Source: a virus (lineage: Duplodnaviria > Caudoviricetes). Taken from it: 25,771 nucleotides of DNA. Position numbers and translations under genes: made by a program. The notes beneath the pieces are model-generated. The model had not been told where the DNA came from. It did not search any database and saw nothing but the letters and a program-made list of their open reading frames with translations. The stretch covers positions 1 to 25,771 of IMG/VR virus record IMGVR_UViG_3300032233_001013; one strand, given 5' to 3'. Below, in pieces: positions 15,933 to 23,570 of this stretch (position 1 is its first letter; each line of letters starts with the position of its first letter).

Positions 15933-16114
15933 CCAGACCAACAACCGCACATGAGTGGTGGCTGCAAGAGCGTGAGAACCAGCTTGACCTTGCCAAACTT
16001 TTCTACGACCGCTTTGGGAACAAGTCCGCAACGATGTGGCACTGCCTATTTGCATGGGCAACACCCGACATCTGGCGTGACCCAGAGCGCATAGTCAAGG
16101 AGAAGAACGCTTGA
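15929..16114 (+). CDS. Hypothetical protein, 61 aa
   Basis: AAGGAG RBS, ATGA overlap. Confidence 0.7.
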   Translation: MTRPTTAHEWWLQERENQLDLAKLFYDRFGNKSATMWHCLFAWATPDIWRDPERIVKEKNA

Positions 16115-16293
16115 AATGCCCAACCTGTATCGCATGGACGACAGTTGAACAAACGAAGAGCTTGGGTGTTTTTGTAGAGCGTAGACGCAGATGTGCCAAC
16201 AACCACACATTCACAACCGAAGAGCGGGTAGTCCCTGACAAGAAGCGCGGACGACCCAAGAAAACCAAGGAGCAACCTAGTGGCAACCCCTGA
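16111..16293 (+). CDS. Zinc-ribbon protein resembling the NrdR N-terminus
   Basis: TTG start; KCPTC...RRRRCANNHTFTTEE; C-terminal KRGRPKK. Confidence 0.7.
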   Translation: MKCPTCIAWTTVEQTKSLGVFVERRRRCANNHTFTTEERVVPDKKRGRPKKTKEQPSGNP

Positions 16294-16582
16294 GTCAAAA
16301 GTAAAAGAGAAGATAAAGAAGATTCTGAAAGAACACGGCGCGTACTACGCTATGCCTATGGGCACGGGGTACGGCAGTAGTGGAGTGCCTGACTTCCTGT
16401 GCTGTGTGAACGGATACTTTGTGGGCATCGAAGCCAAGGCAGGTAAGAACGTACCGACAGCGTTGCAAGAGAAGAACATGCGAGACATAAACACCGCAGG
16501 GGGCTACTCCTGTGTCATCAACGAAAACAACCTTGACTACTTAGAAAAAGTCATAGCCGAATGTAAGGAGAGAACAAAATGA
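16280..16582 (+). CDS. VRR-NUC domain nuclease (putative resolvase)
   Basis: TPESKVK, GVPDFL, GIEAKA, TALQ motifs of the PD-(D/E)XK VRR-NUC type. Confidence 0.85.
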   Translation: MATPESKVKEKIKKILKEHGAYYAMPMGTGYGSSGVPDFLCCVNGYFVGIEAKAGKNVPTALQEKNMRDINTAGGYSCVINENNLDYLEKVIAECKERTK

Positions 16583-17091
16583 GCGAAATGAACGAAGGCG
16601 TAAAAATTATCTTGGCCCGTATGGAGACCAACCCCGAAGATTTCTTTACGGTGCATAAAGAATACAACCCGTGGCGCTGGATTTTTGACGAGAATGTGCG
16701 TGAGGTTATGACCGAGTCTGAGAAGGCCGCTCTCTACGAAGGCATAAAGAAGGTTCGCCGCTTGATGATTACTCATAGGGCGATAGAGACAGTGATGCCA
16801 AAAGAAACTGTAACCGAAAGCGAAACGCAAAACTGGGGTTCTTCACCGATGCTGGGTCAACAACAAGCCGCTATGCAACAACAGAAAGAAAACGCTGTAG
16901 CGAGGATGCAACAAGCCGCTATGCTGCAAAACAATGTGCTGCAAAACCCCTACCAAAATAGCTTAAGCATTGGCAGCGGCGGTACGGGCATTTGCGCTAC
17001 GGCTTCTACGGGCACGGCAGGAACGCTATCCGTGGGTGGTGAGACTCTCGACAGCGGCATGCTCAAGAAACTGAAGAACTTAATCAAATGA
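16579..17091 (+). CDS. Hypothetical protein with Gln-rich central region, 170 aa
   Basis: AAGGAG RBS; QQAAM repeated. Confidence 0.75.
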   Translation: MSEMNEGVKIILARMETNPEDFFTVHKEYNPWRWIFDENVREVMTESEKAALYEGIKKVRRLMITHRAIETVMPKETVTESETQNWGSSPMLGQQQAAMQQQKENAVARMQQAAMLQNNVLQNPYQNSLSIGSGGTGICATASTGTAGTLSVGGETLDSGMLKKLKNLIK

Positions 17092-18908
17092 ACATCATCA
17101 CGGTGGACTTTGAGTCCTACTACTCCGCTGATCTCGGGTTCTCTAAACAGACTACTGAGGAATACGTACGCGACCCCCGCTTTGAAGTGATCGGTGTTGC
17201 TGTGCAGATCAATGACGGTGAGCCCGAGTGGTTTACGGGAACCATGATCGAGACTGCGGAGTTTTTGGGTAAATATAAATGGAGTGAGTCCCTCGCCCTA
17301 GCCCACAACGCTATGTTCGACGGGTTCATTCTGTCCGAGCACTTCCAAATCAAACCCAAGGGCTGGTTGGATACGTTGTCGATGGGCCGAGCGCTTCACG
17401 GTACGAACGTAGGCGGGAGTCTTAAAGTCTTGGCCGAGTTCTACAACATCGGTGAGAAGGGCACTGAGGTCAACGATGCTAAGGGGTTGCGCCGCACGGA
17501 CTTCCCTGCACAACAGCTAGCTCAGTATGGTGAGTACTGTAAGAACGACGTCCGCTTAACGTGGGATTTGTTCAACTGCATGAGCCAAGACTTCCCGCCG
17601 ACTGAGTTGCGCCTGATTGACTTGACGATCAAGATGTTCACCGAGCCGGTACTTCAACTGAACGAAGATATGCTTGAGAGGCACTTGGTTTGGGAGCAGC
17701 AGCGCAAGGCCAACATTCTGGCGAAGTACGACAAAGACGACTTGATGAGCAACCCACGGTTTGCTAAGTTGCTTGAAGCCTTTGGGGTTAGCCCACCGAT
17801 GAAGAAGAGCGCCACCACAGGAAAGGAAACCTATGCCTTCTCAAAGACGGATGAGGAGTTTAAAGAACTTCTTGGGCACGAAAGTTTGGAGGTACAAGCA
17901 TTGGTCGCCGCACGGCTGGGTACGAAGTCTACGATTGAGGAGAGCCGAACAGAGCGTTTTATTGGGATTGCTCGGCGAGGGCCAATGCCAGTTCCCCTCC
18001 GTTACTACGCTGCCCACACTGGGCGATGGGGCGGGGCCGACAACGTAAACCTCCAGAACCTTCCGCGCATTTCCCCGTTGAAGAAGGCAATTCTCGCACC
18101 TGCGGGGTACATGATGATCGACTCCGACTCATCTCAGATTGAAGCCCGTACGCTGGCATGGTTAGCTGGCCAAGACGACTTAGTGGAAGCATTTGATCGT
18201 GGCGAGGACGTTTACAAAATCATGGCGTCAGCAATTTACGGAAAAGCAGCGGCTGACATCACGAAGGATGAAAGATTCGTCGGCAAGACTACGATTCTTG
18301 GTTGCGGTTACGGCATGGGGGCGGCGAAGTTTCAGGCACAACTTAAGAATTTTGGTGTTGAAATTACGCTCGAAGAAGCAAAGCGAATTATCGATACGTA
18401 CAGAGATACTTACCCGAAAATTACTGCACTTTGGAAAGAGGCGAATACCGCGATTGAAGCGATTCTGAGGGGGCAGCTAACAATGTTAGGACGCGGCGGT
18501 GTTCTGAAGATCGAAGGCAAAGACGGCGTTCGCTTGCCCAACGGCCTGTACATCCGCTACCCCAACTTGCGCCAGAAAACTGACGAAGAAACAGACAGAG
18601 TCGAGGTTGTGTACGACACAAAGAAAGGCCGAGCTATCATCCCCAACCGCATCTACGGCGGGAAGCTGATCGAGAACGTGTGCCAAGCCTTGGCCCGAAT
18701 TATCATTGGTGACCAGATGTTGATGATTGCAAGGAAGTACCGAGTCGTGATGACTGTGCATGATGCCGTAGCCTGTATCGTGCCGACCGCCGAGGTTGCT
18801 ACCGCGCAGGAATACGTTGAAATCTGCATGCGCCTCAGACCCAAGTGGGGTTTGGAGCTACCCCTTAATTGTGAATCTGGATATGGAGAATCGTATGGCG
18901 ATTGTTGA
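17088..18908 (+). CDS. polA: DNA polymerase family A with 3'-5' exonuclease
   Basis: Exo TVDFES and AHNAMFD; HTGRW, NLQNLP; motif A DSSQIEAR, motif B RFVGKTTILGCGYG, motif C TVHDA. Confidence 0.95.
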   Translation: MNIITVDFESYYSADLGFSKQTTEEYVRDPRFEVIGVAVQINDGEPEWFTGTMIETAEFLGKYKWSESLALAHNAMFDGFILSEHFQIKPKGWLDTLSMGRALHGTNVGGSLKVLAEFYNIGEKGTEVNDAKGLRRTDFPAQQLAQYGEYCKNDVRLTWDLFNCMSQDFPPTELRLIDLTIKMFTEPVLQLNEDMLERHLVWEQQRKANILAKYDKDDLMSNPRFAKLLEAFGVSPPMKKSATTGKETYAFSKTDEEFKELLGHESLEVQALVAARLGTKSTIEESRTERFIGIARRGPMPVPLRYYAAHTGRWGGADNVNLQNLPRISPLKKAILAPAGYMMIDSDSSQIEARTLAWLAGQDDLVEAFDRGEDVYKIMASAIYGKAAADITKDERFVGKTTILGCGYGMGAAKFQAQLKNFGVEITLEEAKRIIDTYRDTYPKITALWKEANTAIEAILRGQLTMLGRGGVLKIEGKDGVRLPNGLYIRYPNLRQKTDEETDRVEVVYDTKKGRAIIPNRIYGGKLIENVCQALARIIIGDQMLMIARKYRVVMTVHDAVACIVPTAEVATAQEYVEICMRLRPKWGLELPLNCESGYGESYGDC

Positions 18909-19071
18909 TTACGCACGGCCTTGCATGCTGGCCGAGAACGCGCTGAAAGCGGCGCATGACGCAATGCTGGAGAAGAATTTTGCCGAGGCGATTGAGCAGG
19001 GCTTCATTGCCCTTGCGGAGACAAAGCTGATGATTAACTCGATCAAAGACATGCAGGAGCGCCAAAGATGA
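18895..19071 (+). CDS. Hypothetical protein, 58 aa
   Basis: GGAG RBS before ATG 18895; MAIVDYARPCMLAENALK. Confidence 0.7.
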   Translation: MAIVDYARPCMLAENALKAAHDAMLEKNFAEAIEQGFIALAETKLMINSIKDMQERQR

Positions 19072-20006
19072 AAGGTGCTAGCAACAAACCACTGCTGGAT
19101 AGGTTCTTTGACCGTGGCGTATCTAATGAACTTGGATTGCCTATTGAGTTCCAACACAACGTACCGAAGAATGATGTGCAGACATTTGTGCTGTCGCCCG
19201 AGGTTGCGTTAAGCGCCGAGATGCTTGTTCGCTCTAAGTCTTTCAAGATGCCAACCCTCGACGAGTTGCACATGCCATATCCGCATACGGTGATTGAATA
19301 CCCGTTGACTGAGGACATCCGCAAGCTACGTCATAACGGAACTATCAACGGCCTCATAGAGATAACACGCGTCGGTGCGTATATTCAAGAGATAGACAAA
19401 GGAGTGTTCACTTGCATGCCCTACTGGGAGTTTATTGACGGCAGAATCGAGCACAGTTTTTTTACGTTTTTGTTTGGTGTTGGCAAAGGCCCCGCATTAA
19501 AAATATCATTTAGCCCCAACGTCAATGGGGAAGGTGCTGTTGATTGCGGCCTCGCCCCATGTATGGCGTTCATCATGGCCGCAGAAAAGGCGGGGGTTAC
19601 ACCTGACCAGTTGAAACGTGTATATGAAGCGCCTGAGGCACAACAACACATCAGAGAAGCTGCCTCAGAAATCCCATGCCTTATGTTTGCTTCCTATCTT
19701 TTGCTTAACTGCAAGAGTGGTGTAGGCCGAACTAAAGTTCCTGCACGGGTGCCCCCCAAAGGTATGAAGTTGGGTGGTAGGAAACAGAAAGCGTACTCTG
19801 CAAGCTCGTACACGCTGTTGCATTTGGAAGAGATTGAGAGCGTCACCACTGAGGGTGCTATCAGTCGCCGCTCAGACATTTCAGCGCATTACGTACGGGG
19901 CCACTTTAAACAGCGCAGAAGCGGTGTCTACTGGTGGAATTCATTTGTGCGCGGTAACGGGGAACCCCGTAAACGCGAAGCCTACTTAGTAGAAGAAACA
20001 GCATGA
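19068..20006 (+). CDS. Hypothetical protein, 312 aa
   Basis: Long ORF with ATGA overlaps; C-terminal HYVRGHFK..R...YWW..FVRG motif. Confidence 0.8.
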   Translation: MKGASNKPLLDRFFDRGVSNELGLPIEFQHNVPKNDVQTFVLSPEVALSAEMLVRSKSFKMPTLDELHMPYPHTVIEYPLTEDIRKLRHNGTINGLIEITRVGAYIQEIDKGVFTCMPYWEFIDGRIEHSFFTFLFGVGKGPALKISFSPNVNGEGAVDCGLAPCMAFIMAAEKAGVTPDQLKRVYEAPEAQQHIREAASEIPCLMFASYLLLNCKSGVGRTKVPARVPPKGMKLGGRKQKAYSASSYTLLHLEEIESVTTEGAISRRSDISAHYVRGHFKQRRSGVYWWNSFVRGNGEPRKREAYLVEETA

Positions 20007-20671
20007 CACAACCAATCAAGTGGTCTTTCAGTAGCCTGAAGACGTTCCAACAGTGCCCGAAGAAGTACTACCACACCAAGGTAGCCAAGGACATCAAGGA
20101 GTCAGACACTACGGCTACGTTGTACGGCAAGTCGGCACATACAGTTGCGGAAGAATACATGAGCAACAAAACTCCGATCCCTCCCGCGTTTGAATATCTT
20201 AAGGATACGCTGGATGCTCTAGCTTCCATTCCCGGGATCAAACTTTGTGAAGAACAACTTGGCTTGACGAAAGACCTTGAGCCATGCGCGTTTGATGCAC
20301 CTGAAGCATGGTGGCGTGGCATCGCCGACTTGGTTGTGCTGGACGAGGACAAAGAGCTAGCGTGGTCGGTGGACTACAAGACTAGCAAGAACGCTCGGTA
20401 TGCTGACGTAAAGCAACTCGACTTGGTGGCCACGGCCATCTTCAAGAAGTACCCCAAGATCAAGAAGATCAAGTCGGCCCTGCTATTCGTGGTGAGCAAG
20501 GAGTTCGTAAAGGCTACGCACCATGCCGAGATGGTAGCCAAGTACATGGAAGCGCCTAGCCGAGATGTTGCACGAATCGAGGCGGCGTTAGAAAATGGGG
20601 TGTGGAATCCAGTGAGCGGCCCTCTCTGCCGATTCTGCGCAGTGAAGCAGTGTGAGTACAACAGGAGTTAA
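20003..20671 (+). CDS. PD-(D/E)XK exonuclease, Cas4/RecB-like
   Basis: WSFSSL..FQQCPKKY, RGIADL, VDYKT, QL, and C-terminal CRFC....C cluster. Confidence 0.88.
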   Translation: MTQPIKWSFSSLKTFQQCPKKYYHTKVAKDIKESDTTATLYGKSAHTVAEEYMSNKTPIPPAFEYLKDTLDALASIPGIKLCEEQLGLTKDLEPCAFDAPEAWWRGIADLVVLDEDKELAWSVDYKTSKNARYADVKQLDLVATAIFKKYPKIKKIKSALLFVVSKEFVKATHHAEMVAKYMEAPSRDVARIEAALENGVWNPVSGPLCRFCAVKQCEYNRS

Positions 20672-20880
20672 TGATGGAAGAAGTTAAAGCGTACAAAACG
20701 TCCGACGGAAAAATCTTTCCGTACATGGAGCAAGCCCAAGACCACGAGGATTCGTTGAAGTGGATTGGCAAGATAAATCAGTTCATCGAGTCAACCTACT
20801 GCCCGTACACATCGGGCGCACAAAATTCCATGATGGTCAAAACAGTCGTCGCATGGGAAAAATTTAAAGTGGGGGGCTAA
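20671..20880 (+). CDS. Hypothetical protein, 69 aa
   Basis: AGGAG RBS; AYKTSDGKIF motif. Confidence 0.75.
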   Translation: MMEEVKAYKTSDGKIFPYMEQAQDHEDSLKWIGKINQFIESTYCPYTSGAQNSMMVKTVVAWEKFKVGG

Positions 20881-20882
20881 CG

Positions 20883-21197
20883 ATGACAAACCAAGAGACC
20901 GACACCGCCCTGATTCTTGAGAACGAGTTGGCTCGCCGAGTACGTGAAGTAATGAAGAGCGTTGTGTCCGATATGGTACGTAACGAGATGCGAGAACAGT
21001 TTGCCAAGCAGAAAGAATCCATGTTGATGGAAATCAGCATCACAATTGGCAAACACTTGCGATTGATCGAAGCTGAAGAGCGCAAGCCGCTTTGGGAATC
21101 AACCCCCGAAGAGTTTGGCTTGACCCGCGAAGACCTCAATACCCACAACATCCAAAAGGTAGACCATGCCATACATAAACAAACCCCGCCCCTATAA
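20883..21197 (+). CDS. Hypothetical protein, 104 aa
   Basis: Packed between neighbours on the same strand. Confidence 0.7.
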   Translation: MTNQETDTALILENELARRVREVMKSVVSDMVRNEMREQFAKQKESMLMEISITIGKHLRLIEAEERKPLWESTPEEFGLTREDLNTHNIQKVDHAIHKQTPPL

Positions 21198-21444
21198 AAA
21201 AGAGTACGCCCAACAAGTCGAGCGAGGCGAACTGCCTGACCGCATGGAGCGCCAACGTGCTCGTAACGAGATGGACAAAAAAGGTATCGACCGCACAGGC
21301 AAAGACATTGACCACGCCGTGCCATTGAGCAAGGGCGGCACTAACGCGCCGAGCAACTTGAAGCTGAAGTCCCCGAGCGCCAACCGTTCGTTCAGCCGCA
21401 ACTCTGACCACACAGTCAAAGTCAACAAGCCCAAGAAAAAATGA
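21166..21444 (+). CDS. Small HNH endonuclease
   Basis: KDIDHAVPLSKGGTNAPSNL......NRS. Confidence 0.8.
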   Translation: MPYINKPRPYKKEYAQQVERGELPDRMERQRARNEMDKKGIDRTGKDIDHAVPLSKGGTNAPSNLKLKSPSANRSFSRNSDHTVKVNKPKKK

Positions 21445-23000
21445 CGGACGAGGGCATTTGGCTTTTGGTGTTTGGTAGAGGGTGGGTGCCGCTTGACGCT
21501 GAAGAGCTAGAAGAACACGACCATGTCTTTACCCGCCTTTCCAAAGCTAAAAAATTAGAAACAAGTCTAAACTTTGATTACGTTAGATTGAAAGAGCAAA
21601 CAATGAGTTTAGAAAATTACGAGTGGCCGCGCCCCCACGGGTTCGAGCCATTTGACCACCAGAAGGTAACCGCCGAATTCCTCATTACCAACCGCAAGGC
21701 GTTCTGCTTTAACGAGCAGGGTACGGGTAAGACAGCATCGGTGATCTGGGCGGTGGACTATTTGATGCAGCGAGGCATCGTGAAGCGGGTGCTTGTCATT
21801 TGCCCGTTGTCGATAATGAAATCAGCATGGCAGCAAGACCTATTTAAATTTGCTATCCATCGCACGGTATCGATAGCCCACGGGAGCGCTAACAAGCGCA
21901 AAGAAATCATCAACTCCGGTGCTGAGTTTGTCGTCATCAACTTTGACGGCGTGGATATCGTGAAGAACGAGATCATCAATGGTGGGTTCGATCTCATTGT
22001 GGTTGATGAAGCCTCGGCCTACAAGAACGCGCAAACAACCCGCTGGAAGACACTGCGTGACATTAACAAAGTTGTGAAGGGCTTGTGGATGTTGACGGGT
22101 ACGCCAGCGGCGCAGTCTCCAATGGATGCGTATGGCTTGGGCAAGCTGGTCAACCCCAAGGGTGTGCCGATGTTCTTTGGGCAATACCGTGATTTGGTAA
22201 TGCACCAACTCACCAAGTTCAAGTGGATTCCAAAGCCGACAGCCAAGCACACGGTACACGGCATCCTCCAGCCAGCGATTCGTTTCGTGAAGAAGGACTG
22301 CATCGACTTGCCGCCTCTGACCTACATTGATCGTGATGCGCCGTTGACTCCGCAGCAAGCCAAGTACTACGCCATTCTCAAGAAGGAGATGCTGTTGGAA
22401 GCAGCAGGCGAAGAAGTCTCCGCTGTGAACGCCGCGACCAAGATGAGCAAGCTGCTTCAGATTTCTTGTGGCTCGGTCTACACCGACACCCATGAGGTGC
22501 TTGAGTTCGACGTGTCTAACCGCATGAACGTGGTGCAAGAGGTCATTGACGAGAGCAGCAACAAGGTGCTGGTGTTTGTTCCGTTCACGCACACCATCGA
22601 GATGCTCAAGAACCACTTGACCAAGAACAAGATCACCTGCGAAGTCATCAACGGCGCTGTGTCTGTGAACCGCCGCTCAGACATTGTGAAGAACTTCCAA
22701 GAGCAGCCGACCATCAAAGTGCTTATCATCCAACCGCAAGCTGCGTCACACGGGCTTACCCTTACAGCAGCCGACACAATCATTTGGTACGCTCCCTGTA
22801 CCAGCGTGGAGACCTACCTCCAAGCCAACGCACGTATTGACCGCCCGGGTCAGGTCAACCCAATGACCATCGTGCATATCTGTGGGAGCCAAACCGAGCG
22901 CCGAGTCTACTCGATGCTTCGGGGGAACGTGACCAACCACCAACAAATCATCGATTTGTACCGACAAGAAATTTCTTCAGAAGCTATTGACAATGTCTAA
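21441..23000 (+). CDS. SNF2-type (SF2) helicase
   Basis: EQGTGKT, IVVDEAS, LTGTP, SHGLTL, QANARIDRPGQ; alternative start ATG 21603. Confidence 0.92.
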   Translation: MTDEGIWLLVFGRGWVPLDAEELEEHDHVFTRLSKAKKLETSLNFDYVRLKEQTMSLENYEWPRPHGFEPFDHQKVTAEFLITNRKAFCFNEQGTGKTASVIWAVDYLMQRGIVKRVLVICPLSIMKSAWQQDLFKFAIHRTVSIAHGSANKRKEIINSGAEFVVINFDGVDIVKNEIINGGFDLIVVDEASAYKNAQTTRWKTLRDINKVVKGLWMLTGTPAAQSPMDAYGLGKLVNPKGVPMFFGQYRDLVMHQLTKFKWIPKPTAKHTVHGILQPAIRFVKKDCIDLPPLTYIDRDAPLTPQQAKYYAILKKEMLLEAAGEEVSAVNAATKMSKLLQISCGSVYTDTHEVLEFDVSNRMNVVQEVIDESSNKVLVFVPFTHTIEMLKNHLTKNKITCEVINGAVSVNRRSDIVKNFQEQPTIKVLIIQPQAASHGLTLTAADTIIWYAPCTSVETYLQANARIDRPGQVNPMTIVHICGSQTERRVYSMLRGNVTNHQQIIDLYRQEISSEAIDNV

Positions 23001-23014
23001 AGATATGGTATAGT
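22987..23014 (+). promoter_or_regulatory. sigma70-type promoter overlapping the helicase stop
   Basis: TTGACA (22987-22992), 16 bp, TATAGT (23009-23014) with extended TGn. Confidence 0.75.
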
Positions 23015-23021
23015 CGGTTTC

Positions 23022-23109
23022 GTGAGTGGGGTTGGACAACGGGTTAGCGCCGTTGAACATCTCCATGTTGATTGCAATACGCTGCTTTATGCGAACCAAC
23101 CCTGCTCAC
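23022..23109 (+). ncRNA. Candidate structured leader RNA (multi-way junction)
   Basis: 14-bp closing stem 23022-23035/23096-23109 with two G-U pairs, enclosing CAACGG/CCGTTG and AACAT/ATGTT hairpins; begins at the predicted +1. Confidence 0.6.
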
Positions 23110-23135
23110 ACCTTAATTAACCAAAGGAGCGTTAG

Positions 23136-23555
23136 ATGAGTGAAGAAAGTGAAGTGGCCGAACGGCCAGACCTAGATCAGCTTACGTCGATCTACTTGAA
23201 GATTCGAGACAAACGTGCCGAGAACAAACGCGAGTTTGAGAACGTCGATAAAGACCTCGAAGAACAGCAAAAGATGCTGGCCGAGCAGATGCTCGACACC
23301 TGCAAAGAGATGAACGCAGACAGCATCCGCACCCCACATGGAACGATCATTCGTTCGGTCAAGTCGAAATACTGGACTGGCGATTGGGACTCTATGTACA
23401 ACTTCATCAAGGAGCATGACGCCTTCGGCTTGCTGGAGAAACGCTTGCATCAAACCAACATGAAGGACTTTCTCAACGAGAACCCTGACGTTATGCCGAT
23501 GGGCTTGAATGTTGAGAACGAATACACAATCGTCGTCCGACGAGCAAAATCTTAA
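23136..23555 (+). CDS. Conserved replication-module protein, 139 aa
   Basis: AAGGAG RBS; N-terminal coiled coil, then SIRTPHGT and DWDSMYNFI...LLEKR. Confidence 0.8.
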   Translation: MSEESEVAERPDLDQLTSIYLKIRDKRAENKREFENVDKDLEEQQKMLAEQMLDTCKEMNADSIRTPHGTIIRSVKSKYWTGDWDSMYNFIKEHDAFGLLEKRLHQTNMKDFLNENPDVMPMGLNVENEYTIVVRRAKS

Positions 23556-23570
23556 ACGGAGAATTGAAAA

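Larger units (their letters stand above)
3311..18489. repeat. Dispersed 13/14-bp palindrome CTAAC-N3/4-GTTAG, 17 copies
   Basis: 14-bp copies start at 3311, 3989, 4432, 4950, 5532, 6226, 6696 (GTAAC variant), 7920, 9330. 13-bp copies start at 4278, 7245, 7801, 8648, 10322, 12227, 12873, 18477. Confidence 0.95.

Noticed and set aside
16861-16924. 16-bp direct repeat CAACAAGCCGCTATGC
   Set aside because: Explained by an in-frame QQAAM duplication in a low-complexity protein region.
23022-23109. tRNA gene
   Set aside because: Closing stem too long, no TTC-containing T loop, no CCA end.
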